DNA of 64,000 bases. Source: an uncultured Gemmatimonadales bacterium (GTDB lineage: Bacteria > Gemmatimonadota > Gemmatimonadetes > Gemmatimonadales > GWC2-71-9). Location of the stretch: positions 1 to 64,000 of the forward strand of contig CAVSQW010000014.1 in NCBI GenBank assembly GCA_963730185.1. Reading direction: 5' to 3'. This document shows positions 36,193 through 45,903 of this stretch, piece after piece. Positions within the stretch are counted from its first letter, which is position 1; every line of letters starts with the position of its first letter. The translations under genes were made by a program, and so were the position numbers. The notes below the pieces were generated by a model. The model saw only the letters and a program-made list of their open reading frames with translations, was not told the DNA's origin and made no database searches.

Positions 36193-36627
36193 CTAACGCT
36201 CCAACCCGACCAGGACGGTCCGGCCGGTGGTCGCGGCCTGCTCGGCCGCCCGGGCGAAGGCGTCCCGCATTGCCGTCTGGCCTTCGGCCAGCGCCACGTA
36301 GAAGTCGGGCTCGAGCGTCGAGGCACTGGTCCCACTCGCGGCCGCGCAGGTGACCTTGATCGACATCGGGGTGTAGATCCCGAAGGTCAGGAAGCCGACC
36401 AGCCCATTGACGAAGCTCTGCTGGGTCTCGACCCGGGCGATCCCGCCGGGGCACTGTGACGCGGTCGACACGGTTTCGGGCGGAACCAGACCGTAAACCC
36501 AGGCCGACGCAAACGGCTTCTCGATGGTGACCGTGGATGGGGTGGCCCCCGTTTCGATGGTGGCGTGGAAGCACCCGCCGGAGAGAAGAAGGAATCCTGC
36601 CAGGGCCAACCGGGTCGTTGCTGCCAT
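36193..36627 (-). CDS. Bor-family lipoprotein
   Basis: GCFH, W.YGLV.P, C..G.A.VET..SFVNGL..LTFGIYTP...VTC. Confidence 0.8.
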   Translation of the reverse strand: MAATTRLALAGFLLLSGGCFHATIETGATPSTVTIEKPFASAWVYGLVPPETVSTASQCPGGIARVETQQSFVNGLVGFLTFGIYTPMSIKVTCAAASGTSASTLEPDFYVALAEGQTAMRDAFARAAEQAATTGRTVLVGLER

Positions 36628-36827
36628 GTCGCCTCCTGGGTGGGGTCGAGAGCGCCAGATTGGCGTCTTGCGGTGCGATCCGGCCGCCGGCGAGGCAAAT
36701 CCAATGCCATCGCCGGCAACATCCATAAACCGGTGTGGCGTAACCTATCCGCCACCGGGCCGGCTCGCCATCCGGCGGGGGAGTGTCCGACTTCGAGGAC
36801 AGCCTGTCCCCGACGGGAGACATTCCC

Positions 36828-37409
36828 TCAGGCCGCCGGCGGCTCCGTCGAACCGTGGGCCTTGAGGACCTGGTCGTGGGCCGCCGGTCGCTCGAATCGG
36901 GGAGCGGCGTTGTAGGCCTCCGACTGGCCGGGCGGGATGCTCAGGTGTTGCCAGTCACTTCCCCGGCCGGTCTTGGCCAGATACACGATCTGGCCGACGT
37001 GGTAGGCCACGTGGGCCAGCGATCGATGCAGTGCCTCGTGGACCAGGAGCCCCTGCCGGCGGATGGTCACGGTCCTGGTGAGGTCGGCGTCGTCGAGGGT
37101 GGCGAGCGTCCGGAGCAGCACGGCCCAGCCGTGCTCCCACTTCTCCAGCAGCTGGGTTCGGGTCACCGGCCGCGGGGCGAACTCCCCCTCGCGGTGCCGC
37201 CACGGCTTTTCCCCGTCGCTGGTCAGGAAGTCGGTGAACCGCGACGCCAGGTTGCCCGAGAGGTGCCAGACCAGGACCGCGATGGAGTTGGCGGTCGGGA
37301 CCGGCGCCGTCGTCAGGGCGGCGTCGTCGAGTTGGGCCATCGCGGCCTCGCCGAGAGCCCGATAGCGGAGATACTCGGCCCGGATCGAGCCGACGATCGA
37401 GGTGGTCAC
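36828..37409 (-). CDS. DUF1572 / DinB-family protein
   Basis: NSIA..V.HL.GNL.SRFTDFLT.DGEKPWR.R..EF, H.AYHVGQ. Confidence 0.88.
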   Translation of the reverse strand: MTTSIVGSIRAEYLRYRALGEAAMAQLDDAALTTAPVPTANSIAVLVWHLSGNLASRFTDFLTSDGEKPWRHREGEFAPRPVTRTQLLEKWEHGWAVLLRTLATLDDADLTRTVTIRRQGLLVHEALHRSLAHVAYHVGQIVYLAKTGRGSDWQHLSIPPGQSEAYNAAPRFERPAAHDQVLKAHGSTEPPAA

Positions 37410-37412
37410 GCG

Positions 37413-37952
37413 CTACCTCCTTTCGACCAGCGCATGGAGCTTGAGCATGGTGGACCAGTTGCGGCTGGTGACGGCGCTACGAAGGGTCCGCTCCACCGCC
37501 TTGGCGAGCGGACTGTCGGTGATGCTCTCCGGGCACCAGAGGTAGGCCACCCGCCGTCCCAGCGCGATCGCCTCCGGCGACCAGTCCTGGCGGGCCAGCG
37601 GCTCGAGCGCGGCGCGATCGGCGGATCGGGCCGGCACCGCGACCAGGAGCCGGCTGGGATTGGTGGCCACTTTCGCAAGCGGGTTCGCCGCGACCGCGCC
37701 GGCCACGTCGGCCGCCGAGAGGATCGTGACCCGGCTGGATACGCCGAGCCCCTGCTCGATCGCCCGCTCGAGGCGGGCGGCGTGGTCGCCCCCCAGACCG
37801 GCCGGCGCGTCGAACACCACATTGCCGGTGGCGAGCAGGGTCCGGACGTCGGTATAGCCCAAGTTGGTGACGAGCGCTCGGAGGTCGGTCATGCCGATCC
37901 GCTTGGCGCGGCCGACGTTGATGCCGCGGAGGAGGGCCACGTGGCGGCCCAC
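37413..37952 (-). CDS. DUF1697 protein
   Basis: VALLRGINVG, V.T.L..GNVVF, T.RNW.T. Confidence 0.9.
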   Translation of the reverse strand: MGRHVALLRGINVGRAKRIGMTDLRALVTNLGYTDVRTLLATGNVVFDAPAGLGGDHAARLERAIEQGLGVSSRVTILSAADVAGAVAANPLAKVATNPSRLLVAVPARSADRAALEPLARQDWSPEAIALGRRVAYLWCPESITDSPLAKAVERTLRSAVTSRNWSTMLKLHALVERR

Positions 37953-37956
37953 CGGG

Positions 37957-38460
37957 TCAGCCTCCCCCGCCGGCGCCCGGCGATCGCAGCCGGAAGTCGG
38001 TCGTGAGACCGGTGCCGTTCCGATTGCCGGCGCGGGAGCTCAGGGTGTAGGCGGTGTCGGTGACCAGCCGGAGCGCCCGCTGGTCGAACAGGAGCCGTGG
38101 CGTGCGGAGGGTGTCGCCGATCGGGGTGATGGCGGTAACGCCGCCGGAGAGCTGCACCGAATCGCCCCCGATCCGGAGCTCGCCGCGAGGGGCCGTCAGG
38201 GTCGAGACCAGCTGGCCGTCGGCCGAGAACGCGCTCAGCCGGATCTGGCGGAGATCGGCGCTGAGCGTACTCTGCGCGACGAAAACGGAGTCGGCGGTAA
38301 TCACTCCCCGGCGGCCGCCGTCGTGGGTCAGGGCATAGCTGGCGCCGAGGATCACCTGGTCGGCCCGGGCGGCGGTTGGATTGGCCGAATCGACCGGCGC
38401 GCCGACGCAGGCGGCGAGTACGCCGGCCAGCACCATCGACACGCGGCCGGGCGCGGTCAC
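37957..38460 (-). CDS. LptC-like LPS export periplasmic protein
   Basis: ADQV, G...ADS, STLTA..G, GDTL.T..L.FD beta-jellyroll pattern. Confidence 0.6.
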   Translation of the reverse strand: MTAPGRVSMVLAGVLAACVGAPVDSANPTAARADQVILGASYALTHDGGRRGVITADSVFVAQSTLSADLRQIRLSAFSADGQLVSTLTAPRGELRIGGDSVQLSGGVTAITPIGDTLRTPRLLFDQRALRLVTDTAYTLSSRAGNRNGTGLTTDFRLRSPGAGGGG

Positions 38461-38672
38461 CCGCGGGGCTCGGCCGGGGTCGGGGTCGAGGTCGTCCCCA
38501 GGGTGGCGGTTCCCGCTCCGATCTCGATTCGTCGTGGCATTGGCGTGCTCCAGGCTCCGTCCTGGCTGGAAGGTAGAGGTGCCGCGATCCCGCAGCCAGA
38601 GCGCGCGAGCGACGGTCTCGACGGCGGGCAGGTGGGCGAGGCCGAGGACTGCGCTTCGGACCCGGATCGAAT

Positions 38673-39914
38673 TCAGTCGGCCCGGCGGAACACGAGGGCG
38701 GCGTTGATCCCGCCGAACCCGAACGAGTTGCTGAGCATGAACTCGGGGTCCGCGTCGGCGCCCTCGCCGGGCGAGAAGTCGAGGTCGCAGGCGGGGTCGG
38801 GCTCGGCCAGGTTGACCGTCGGCGGGAACCACTGTCGCGACGAGGCCAGGGCGCAGATGGCGGCCTCGAAGGCACCGCTCGCCCCGAGGGCATGCCCGTA
38901 GTACCCCTTGGTGCCGCTGATCCTCACCCGGGTGGCATAGTCCTGGAAGACGGTCTTGATGGCCAGCGTCTCGGTCGGGTCGTTGAGCGAGGTCGACGAT
39001 CCGTGGGCGTTGATGTAGCCCACCTCGGTCGGCCCGAGGTGCGCTCTCCGGAGTGCCATCGCCATGGCGCGGGCCGCCTGCCGCCCGCCGGGCAGCGGAG
39101 CGGCCATGTGGTAGGCGTCGTTGGTCTGGCCATAACCCACCACCTCGGCGTAGATCTTGGCGCCCCGGGCCACGGCCCGGCTCCGCTCTTCCAGCACCAG
39201 CACGGCGCCGCCCTCTCCCATCACGAACCCGTCACGATCGCGGTCGAAGGGGCGGCTGGCGGTGCCGGGGTCGTCGTTCCGGGTGGACATCGCTCGGATC
39301 AGGGCAAAGGCACCGAAGGTGAGCGGCGCCAGCGGCGCCTCCGACCCGCCGGCCAGCATCAGGTCGGCTTCGTCGCGCTGGATGGTCCGGAAGGCCTCGC
39401 CGACCGCGATCGCCCCGGACGCGCAGCTCATGCCGTTGGTCATGTTCGGGCCGGTGATCCCGAAGTCCATCGCCAGGTTGGCGCTCGAGGCGCCGGCGAA
39501 CACGGTCAAGGCCACGCCGGGATCGACGGTCCGAATCCCGCCTTGGAGATAGCGGGTGTGCTGCTCCTCGCCGAGCGCGACGCCTCCCAGGGCGGTCCCC
39601 ATCATCACCCCGACCCGGTCGCGGTCCTCGTGGGTCAGGTCGAGCGCCGCGTCGTCGAGCGCCATGGTGCCGGCGGAGAGCGAGAACTGCGAGCAGCGAT
39701 CGAGGCGCTTGGCCCGCCGAGCACCCAGGAACTCGACCGGATTGAAGTCGTTGACCTCGGCCGCGATCCGGCTCCGGAAGGGCTCGGGGTCGAACCGGGT
39801 GATCGGGCCGACGGTCGACTTCCGGGCGCGAAGTCCCTCCCAGAGGCCCTCGACGCCCACGCCGATCGGCGTCACGGCGCCGATCCCGGTGATCACCACC
39901 CGCCGCTCAGTCAC
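38673..39914 (-). CDS. fabF: Beta-ketoacyl-ACP synthase II family
   Basis: RVVITGIG, SCASG, SRPFD..RDGFVMGEG, NAHGSST, GHALGASG, SNSFGFGG.N. Confidence 0.9.
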   Translation of the reverse strand: MTERRVVITGIGAVTPIGVGVEGLWEGLRARKSTVGPITRFDPEPFRSRIAAEVNDFNPVEFLGARRAKRLDRCSQFSLSAGTMALDDAALDLTHEDRDRVGVMMGTALGGVALGEEQHTRYLQGGIRTVDPGVALTVFAGASSANLAMDFGITGPNMTNGMSCASGAIAVGEAFRTIQRDEADLMLAGGSEAPLAPLTFGAFALIRAMSTRNDDPGTASRPFDRDRDGFVMGEGGAVLVLEERSRAVARGAKIYAEVVGYGQTNDAYHMAAPLPGGRQAARAMAMALRRAHLGPTEVGYINAHGSSTSLNDPTETLAIKTVFQDYATRVRISGTKGYYGHALGASGAFEAAICALASSRQWFPPTVNLAEPDPACDLDFSPGEGADADPEFMLSNSFGFGGINAALVFRRAD

Positions 39915-40371
39915 GGCTCGCCTCCGCGTAGCGCTTGATGCCGGCCAGCGTACGGGACGCAATGCCGTGGACGAAGACCGGGCCGATCACCCACTCCGCC
40001 GCGGGGCGGCGGATCAGCGGCCACGCCGGGCCGTCCCAGTCGTGAATCAGCTCGACGTGGGTTCCCCCGTCGTTCGCGGTGAGCCGCCAGACCACGTCCA
40101 TGCCTCGGGTGACGCCCCGGATGTGCCGGTACCGGACCTCGCGCGCCGGCCGGTCTACGACCATCTCCGACACCCACCAGGTCGGATACCGGACCGGGCC
40201 GAACGGCCGCCAGGCCGCCATCTCGACCACGCCTTCGACCGGGCTGGTACGGTCCAGGATCTTCACCCAGCGATAGTGGGCCAGCAGTGCCGGCCAACGC
40301 TCCACCTCGGCCGCCAGCGGAAAGACCCGCTCCGGCGGCGCGGCGATCTCGATCTCGTCGACAATTCGCAT
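39907..40371 (-). CDS. SRPBCC / polyketide cyclase-like protein
   Basis: I.APPERVF.LA..VERWP..L.HYR; overlaps the fabF start. Confidence 0.8.
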   Translation of the reverse strand: MRIVDEIEIAAPPERVFPLAAEVERWPALLAHYRWVKILDRTSPVEGVVEMAAWRPFGPVRYPTWWVSEMVVDRPAREVRYRHIRGVTRGMDVVWRLTANDGGTHVELIHDWDGPAWPLIRRPAAEWVIGPVFVHGIASRTLAGIKRYAEASRD

Positions 40372-41090
40372 CACCCGTCCGTCCGCCAATAGGCCACGAC
40401 CCGGGCCAGGGGGCGCTTCATGACCGTCGCCTCGATGCCCTGGTGCGCCAGGAGGCGGGCCAGCCCTTCGGCGCGAAAGCCCCGCCGTATGGAGATCACG
40501 CCGTCCTCTCGAGTTGCTCGATCGAACCCAAGGACAATCGAAGCCGCCCGATAGCCCCATGCCGCCGGTTCCGACGGGCGGAGGTCCGCGATGACGACCC
40601 CCAGGCGCGACACCCGCGTTGCCTCGCGGGCCAGGGCGCCGACCCCGTCGGGACAGAGGTGGTGGGCCACTTGGCTCGCCACGGTGACGTCCACGGAGCG
40701 ATCGCGGAGCGGCAGCCGGAGCCCATCCGCGAGCACCGTCCGGAGACCCTGTCCCGACGCGGCGCGGGCGACGACCGGGTGTCGCTCGATGCCGAGCCAG
40801 TCGACCGCGACGCCCCGGGCTCCGAGCCAGGTACGAACCGCGGCCGGGATGTCGCCGAGACCGGGGCCGATGTCCAGGAGGCGGAGCCGGGCCGGCGGCG
40901 GGCACCGGTCCAGGAGCGCTCCGAGCCCGAACCGGACCGCGGCCGTCCCGCCGAAGAGCCGGTTGGCCCGGCCGATGTTCCGGATCGAGCGGAGCACCTG
41001 CGCCGGCGGGGCGTCGAGATCGTCGAGCAGCTCCTGGCCGGGGGGTGGGGGCGCCGTGGTCGGGGAGGGCAGGGATTTCTCGTCGCTCAG
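40371..41090 (-). CDS. SAM-dependent methyltransferase
   Basis: ELLD, N..FGG, LLDIG.G.GD, HHL, DG..S.RRGF. Confidence 0.82.
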   Translation of the reverse strand: MSDEKSLPSPTTAPPPPGQELLDDLDAPPAQVLRSIRNIGRANRLFGGTAAVRFGLGALLDRCPPPARLRLLDIGPGLGDIPAAVRTWLGARGVAVDWLGIERHPVVARAASGQGLRTVLADGLRLPLRDRSVDVTVASQVAHHLCPDGVGALAREATRVSRLGVVIADLRPSEPAAWGYRAASIVLGFDRATREDGVISIRRGFRAEGLARLLAHQGIEATVMKRPLARVVAYWRTDG

Positions 41091-41563
41091 GCGAGGTAGT
41101 GGTAGCCGCCGCGGAAGTAGAGGAGCGGGCGGCCGTCGTGCACGCTGCCGCCCACCACCCGGCCGACGACCACGGTGTGGTCGCCGGCCTCGAACAAGGC
41201 GTGCCGCTCGCATTCCAGGGCGGCGATCACCCCGTCCAGCACGATCCGCCCGCCTTCCGTCCGGCGGTAGCCCACGCCGTCGAATCGCCGACGGGCGGGC
41301 CCGGCGAACCGCCGCGACAGCGCCTCCTGGTTGGTCTCGAGCACGTTGATCGCGAAGGTGTCCGCCTGCGAGATCAGCTCGTGGAACTCGGAGGCGTGGT
41401 CGATGTTGACCGAGACGAGCGGCGGGTCGAGCGACACCGAGGTGAAGCTGTTGGCGGTCATCCCCGCCGGCGAGCCGTCGCCGGCGACGGTGGTGACGAC
41501 CACCACCCCGGTGGCGTAGCGGCCGCAGAGCTGCCGGAACTGGGACGAGTCGACGTCGCTCAT
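41087..41563 (-). CDS. Flavin reductase (HpaC/RutF-like)
   Basis: ATGV.VVT, GMTANSFTSVSLDPPLV, GDH, PLLY.RG.Y. Confidence 0.93.
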   Translation of the reverse strand: MSDVDSSQFRQLCGRYATGVVVVTTVAGDGSPAGMTANSFTSVSLDPPLVSVNIDHASEFHELISQADTFAINVLETNQEALSRRFAGPARRRFDGVGYRRTEGGRIVLDGVIAALECERHALFEAGDHTVVVGRVVGGSVHDGRPLLYFRGGYHYLA

Positions 41564-41576
41564 GAATCCCCGTCGG

Positions 41577-42788
41577 TCAGAGCATCATCGCGGCCAGGAA
41601 CCCCGGCCGGAGGACATGGCTGGCGGGGACGAAGTCGCCCGTCACCCCGATCAGGGTATGGGCCAGACCGCGCCGCTCCAACCGGCCGACCGCCCGGTCG
41701 AAGAGCGCCGGCGCGAGCATGCCGTAGCCGATCATCCGTTCCACCGTCCACTTGCCCAGGAAGGCCCGGCGCCGGGCGGCGGGGTAGCCGTCGAGGCGGA
41801 GCGGACCCCCGCGGCCGGCTCGGAGGGCCTCGTCCGCCAGATCGGACGCCAGGGCGGCACCCCGGAGCGCGGCGCAGATGCCCTCCCCGGTGAAGGGGTC
41901 GAAGAAGTCGGCGGCGTCGCCCACCAAGACCGCGCCGGGGATGATAACCCGTGCCGACCGGGCCGCGAACGGTCCGGTCACCAGCACCCGCCGTACCACC
42001 CGGTCCGGGTCAATCCGGTCGCGGAGCGCAGGGAAGCTCCGGAGGGTCCGGTGGAAGAAACCCGTGGGGTCGCCGCCGGCCGTTCGGGCCAGGTGGGCCG
42101 GTACGATCGCGGCGACGTTGACCAGACCACCCCCGACGGCGTTGAGGCCCACGTATCCGGCGTCGCCCACGTGCATCTCGGCGCTGCTGGTCATGCCCCG
42201 AACGCCGGCCAGATGCGCCACGAAGCCGAACCGGGCCGGGGCGCCGTACCGCCGCCCCCCCACCTCGCGCGCGGCGACCGAGTGGAGTCCGTCCGCTCCC
42301 ACCACCAGCCGGGTCTCGATCCGGTGGGTCCGACCCTCCCGCTCCAGCACCGCGCCCCGAACCGCACCCCGGTCCCGGGTCAGGGTCCGGAGCCGGGTCC
42401 GCTCGACCACCCGAACCCCGGCCGCCCGGGCCGCGTCCACCAGGATCGCGTCGAGCGTGATCCGCCGGAGCGAGAGCCCGGTCGGGCGGAACGGTGTTAC
42501 CCCGGCCCGCGCGAACGTGCCCGTCAGCTCCGAGCCGCGGGGCCCCAGCACGCGGGCTCCGGAGAGCGGCGCGCCCCCCGCCGCCTCGACCGCGGGCAGA
42601 AGCCCCAACTGGTCCAGCTGCCGGAGGGTCTCCGGGCTCATGTACTCCGAGCACGGCTTGTCGCGGGGAAAGGTCGCCCGATCCACGGCCAGCACGTCGT
42701 GGCCTGCCCGCGCCAGACGGATCGCGGTCGCCGCCCCCGCCGGTCCGAGGCCGGCGACGAGCACGCCGGCCCGCGAGGGAAACGTCAT
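41577..42788 (-). CDS. FAD-dependent oxidoreductase (geranylgeranyl reductase-like)
   Basis: G.GPAG, FPRDKPC, GADG..S, VGDAA.F.DPFTGEGI. Confidence 0.9.
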   Translation of the reverse strand: MTFPSRAGVLVAGLGPAGAATAIRLARAGHDVLAVDRATFPRDKPCSEYMSPETLRQLDQLGLLPAVEAAGGAPLSGARVLGPRGSELTGTFARAGVTPFRPTGLSLRRITLDAILVDAARAAGVRVVERTRLRTLTRDRGAVRGAVLEREGRTHRIETRLVVGADGLHSVAAREVGGRRYGAPARFGFVAHLAGVRGMTSSAEMHVGDAGYVGLNAVGGGLVNVAAIVPAHLARTAGGDPTGFFHRTLRSFPALRDRIDPDRVVRRVLVTGPFAARSARVIIPGAVLVGDAADFFDPFTGEGICAALRGAALASDLADEALRAGRGGPLRLDGYPAARRRAFLGKWTVERMIGYGMLAPALFDRAVGRLERRGLAHTLIGVTGDFVPASHVLRPGFLAAMML

Positions 42789-43195
42789 CCGAGCCGGGTG
42801 TAGTCGACACCCTCGAGCGTGAGGGTCGTGTTGCCCGTGTCGGGGAAGCTGTACGGCAGCGACGCCGTGTCCCCGGTATCGGTGTAGGTCACCTCGATCG
42901 AGGACTGCCCGACCGTGTAGGTACAATCGCGGGCGACCGTCTGCGGCACCCCGACCGAGATCGACGTCGTCGTTCGCTGGAAGTGGCAGGTGCCGCCCTG
43001 ATCGAACTGCCAGGTCGTGACCCACTCCTGCACGTCGGTGTCCACGGTCACCACGATGTCGGCCTGCCAGGTGCCGACCACCGGGGTCGGCGCCGAGGAA
43101 TGGCCGGTGGGGTTGTCGCCCGGGGCCGTGAGGTCGATGAAATCGCGGGGCTGCCCGGCACAGGCGCCCAGGAGGAGCGCCGCTACCAAAGCCAC
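42785..43195 (-). CDS. Hypothetical lipoprotein (lipocalin-like)
   Basis: LLGAC lipobox; VVGTW...YTRL. Confidence 0.6.
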   Translation of the reverse strand: MALVAALLLGACAGQPRDFIDLTAPGDNPTGHSSAPTPVVGTWQADIVVTVDTDVQEWVTTWQFDQGGTCHFQRTTTSISVGVPQTVARDCTYTVGQSSIEVTYTDTGDTASLPYSFPDTGNTTLTLEGVDYTRLG

Positions 43196-43956
43196 CAGAC
43201 CGCGGCGAGCGCGGTCATGAGGCTCGTACTGAGCGCGTTGACGCCGTCGTTGTCCAACCATGTTGCACCTCGCTCGTGTTGGGCGGTCGTCCCGCAGCGA
43301 TGAATGCGTCGCTCGGTCGGCACCGCGCATTGCGGGCACCGGTACCGCCCCTGGACGCTGGCCCCGAGCACCGAATCCAGCAGCATCCCGGCGAAGCCGA
43401 GCGCCACCGTGGTGAGATACAGGGACCGACTTCCGCCACCAACGAGGGTCGCGGCGATGGCGACCAGGGCGGCGCCCATGAGCCCGCCACTCGTCCCGAA
43501 CCAGGAGACGCCGCCGCTGGTTCCCGGCGGCACCACCCGGCCTCTGAGGATATCCCGGGGCGGCCTCGGGCTCAAAGCCCCGAGGCTGGTGGCCCACGTA
43601 TCGGCCGACGCCGTGGCCAGCCCGACCGCGACCAGCTTGAGCCCCAACCCCGGCACCAGGGCCTCCGCCAGCGCGCCGAGGGCCGCGGCACCGCCGTTGG
43701 CGAGCACCTGCCAGTGGTCCCGGGTCTCGTCCTTGGGATCGACCGCCGATGGTCGACTGGCCGCCGCCAGCCGCCCCACGGCCGTGCTGGGCCCGAAGAA
43801 GAAGGCCAGCACCAGACCCCCGGGCCAGCCGGTTTGCCAGAGGATCAATGTCCCCACGGCCGTGGCCGCCACGGCGCCCGAGCGGGTGAGGGCGCGGGTC
43901 GCGATCCCGAGCAGCGCGACGAGGGCGGAGACTCCGAGGGCCAGTCCAATCGACAT
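43183..43956 (-). CDS. DUF92 (TMEM19) membrane protein
   Basis: R...QVLANGG, ADTWA..LG, V.PGTSGGVS..G, DS.LGA..Q, LDND.VN. Confidence 0.9.
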   Translation of the reverse strand: MSIGLALGVSALVALLGIATRALTRSGAVAATAVGTLILWQTGWPGGLVLAFFFGPSTAVGRLAAASRPSAVDPKDETRDHWQVLANGGAAALGALAEALVPGLGLKLVAVGLATASADTWATSLGALSPRPPRDILRGRVVPPGTSGGVSWFGTSGGLMGAALVAIAATLVGGGSRSLYLTTVALGFAGMLLDSVLGASVQGRYRCPQCAVPTERRIHRCGTTAQHERGATWLDNDGVNALSTSLMTALAAVWWLW

Positions 43957-44039
43957 GACTCAATCTTAACGCCCTTTGTCTGCCTGATTTCCGTCCTTAA
44001 CTTGCTCGCCGTGTATCCCCATGTCCGGAGGCGCGTGGC

Positions 44040-44660
44040 TTGACCCCGTCCGCGCACGCCATTGTTCCGCTCGCGCTGCTCGAAGCGATCCGGAACCTCG
44101 ATACGCCCATCGACGACGGTCTCGCCGAGTTGGCGGTCGAGACCGTCTCGCGGCGTCTGGGCATGAGCACCACGGTGGCCGCCCAGATCGCGCGCTATCG
44201 CGAGGCGGCGGCCAAGGACGGGTCGGTGGGGGTGGACGAGGCGGTGCAGGTGTTCCGGCTGGTGGGGAGGCGCGGCGACGCCGCCCTGGTGTACGCCGAC
44301 GCGGGCCGGCGGGCCGCCCGCCTCGCCGCCGGACGAAGAAAGCGCCCCGGCGGGCCGCTCGGCTTCCTGCTCCCGCGCGCGTTCCGACGCCGGCTGGGCG
44401 AGCGCCGGGCCGAGCGGATCGCGACCCGGGTGTTCGGTCTGGCCCTGCACCGCGAGGGATCGGCGGTGGCGCTCCGGCTCGACGAGTCCCTCGCGACCCG
44501 GGCCGGGTACGCCGACCCGGGCTGTCTCTTCTATGGCGCGCTGGTGAGCGAGCTGCTCCGCGTCACCAGCGGATTCGAAGGCGCCATGGCCCACGAGCGC
44601 TGCGTCGCCAAGGGCGACCGGGCCTGCGAGTGGCGCGCCGTCGAGGCCGAGCAGTGGTGA
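44040..44660 (+). CDS. Hypothetical protein with V4R-like C-terminus
   Basis: C.FY...H..C...G...CEW. Confidence 0.65.
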   Translation: MTPSAHAIVPLALLEAIRNLDTPIDDGLAELAVETVSRRLGMSTTVAAQIARYREAAAKDGSVGVDEAVQVFRLVGRRGDAALVYADAGRRAARLAAGRRKRPGGPLGFLLPRAFRRRLGERRAERIATRVFGLALHREGSAVALRLDESLATRAGYADPGCLFYGALVSELLRVTSGFEGAMAHERCVAKGDRACEWRAVEAEQW

Positions 44661-44676
44661 ACCACACTCAACCAGG

Positions 44677-45855
44677 GTGGCGACGATGAAGAGCCTGGAC
44701 CGGGCCGGCATCCGTACCGGCCTCGAGGCCGCCGGGGCCGACGGCTGGCTGTTGTTCGACTTCAAGGGCACCAACCCCGTGGCCCTCCGGCTCCTGGGGC
44801 TGGCGCCCGGAACCCGGCGAATCTTCGTGTACGTGCCGCGCGAGGGCGAGGCGGTGGCGATCGCCCATAAGATCGAGCTGGGCTCGGTCGAGGGGTTCGA
44901 GGGGAAAGTGCTGCCGTACGCCCGCTGGGAGGAGCTCGACGCCGCCCTCGCCGCGACGGTCCGCGGCAAGACGGTCGCCATGGAGGTCTCGGCCCGCGAC
45001 GCCGTGCCCTACCTCGACCGGATCCCGAGCGGCGTGGTGCAGCTGGTCGAGGCCGCCGGCGCCACCATCGTCTCGAGCGCGGCCCTGGTCACCCGGCTCA
45101 CCGCCGTCTGGCAGCCGAGCGAAGCTCGCGATCACATCGAGGCCGCCGAGATTCTGGCCCGGGTGGCCAAGCGGATCATGGCCGAGGTGATTCAGGAGGC
45201 CGGGCGGGCGACCGAGGCCGGGGTCCAGGCCCGGGTGATCGAGGCGCTGGAGCGGGACGGCCTGGCGGTCAATCGCGACCACCTGCTGCCGATCGTCGGC
45301 TTCGGGCCCAACGCCGCCAACCCCCATTACGAGCCGGTCGCCGGACGGGACCGGACCCTGGCCCCGAACGAGGTGGTCCTGATCGATCTCTTCGCCGGCA
45401 AGTCTCTCGAGACTGTCTTTGCCGACCAGACCTGGATGGGCTTCAGCGGGTCCCAGCCGCCGGATGAGGTCGCCCGGGTCTGGACCATCGTCCGCGATGC
45501 CCGGGACGCCGCCCTGGATGCCGTGTGGGACGCGGCCCGCGCCGGACGTCCCATAAGAGGGTACGAGATCGATCGGGCGGCCCGGGGCGTCATCGAGGCC
45601 GCTGGCTACGGCGACTACTTCGTCCACCGGACCGGCCACTCGATCGACCTCGACCTCCACGGCTCCGGCCCGCATTGCGACGACTACGAGACCCGGGACG
45701 ACCGCGAAGTCATTCCCGGTGTCGGATTTTCGGTCGAGCCTGGGATCTACTTGCCCGGGCGCTTCGGAGTTCGGAGCGAAGTGAACATTTACTGGGCCCC
45801 GGAGGGCCCACGGGTGACGCCGGCCGAGCCACAGCGGGAGCTCATCCTGCTCTGA
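44677..45855 (+). CDS. M24 (Xaa-Pro) peptidase
   Basis: PHY, ID, AD.T, HRTGHS, FSVEPGIY, GVRSE. Confidence 0.92.
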   Translation: MATMKSLDRAGIRTGLEAAGADGWLLFDFKGTNPVALRLLGLAPGTRRIFVYVPREGEAVAIAHKIELGSVEGFEGKVLPYARWEELDAALAATVRGKTVAMEVSARDAVPYLDRIPSGVVQLVEAAGATIVSSAALVTRLTAVWQPSEARDHIEAAEILARVAKRIMAEVIQEAGRATEAGVQARVIEALERDGLAVNRDHLLPIVGFGPNAANPHYEPVAGRDRTLAPNEVVLIDLFAGKSLETVFADQTWMGFSGSQPPDEVARVWTIVRDARDAALDAVWDAARAGRPIRGYEIDRAARGVIEAAGYGDYFVHRTGHSIDLDLHGSGPHCDDYETRDDREVIPGVGFSVEPGIYLPGRFGVRSEVNIYWAPEGPRVTPAEPQRELILL

Positions 45856-45903
45856 CGGTCGGGGAACATCCCGGCGTCGGATCCGGTCGTCACGAGGAAA
45901 GGG

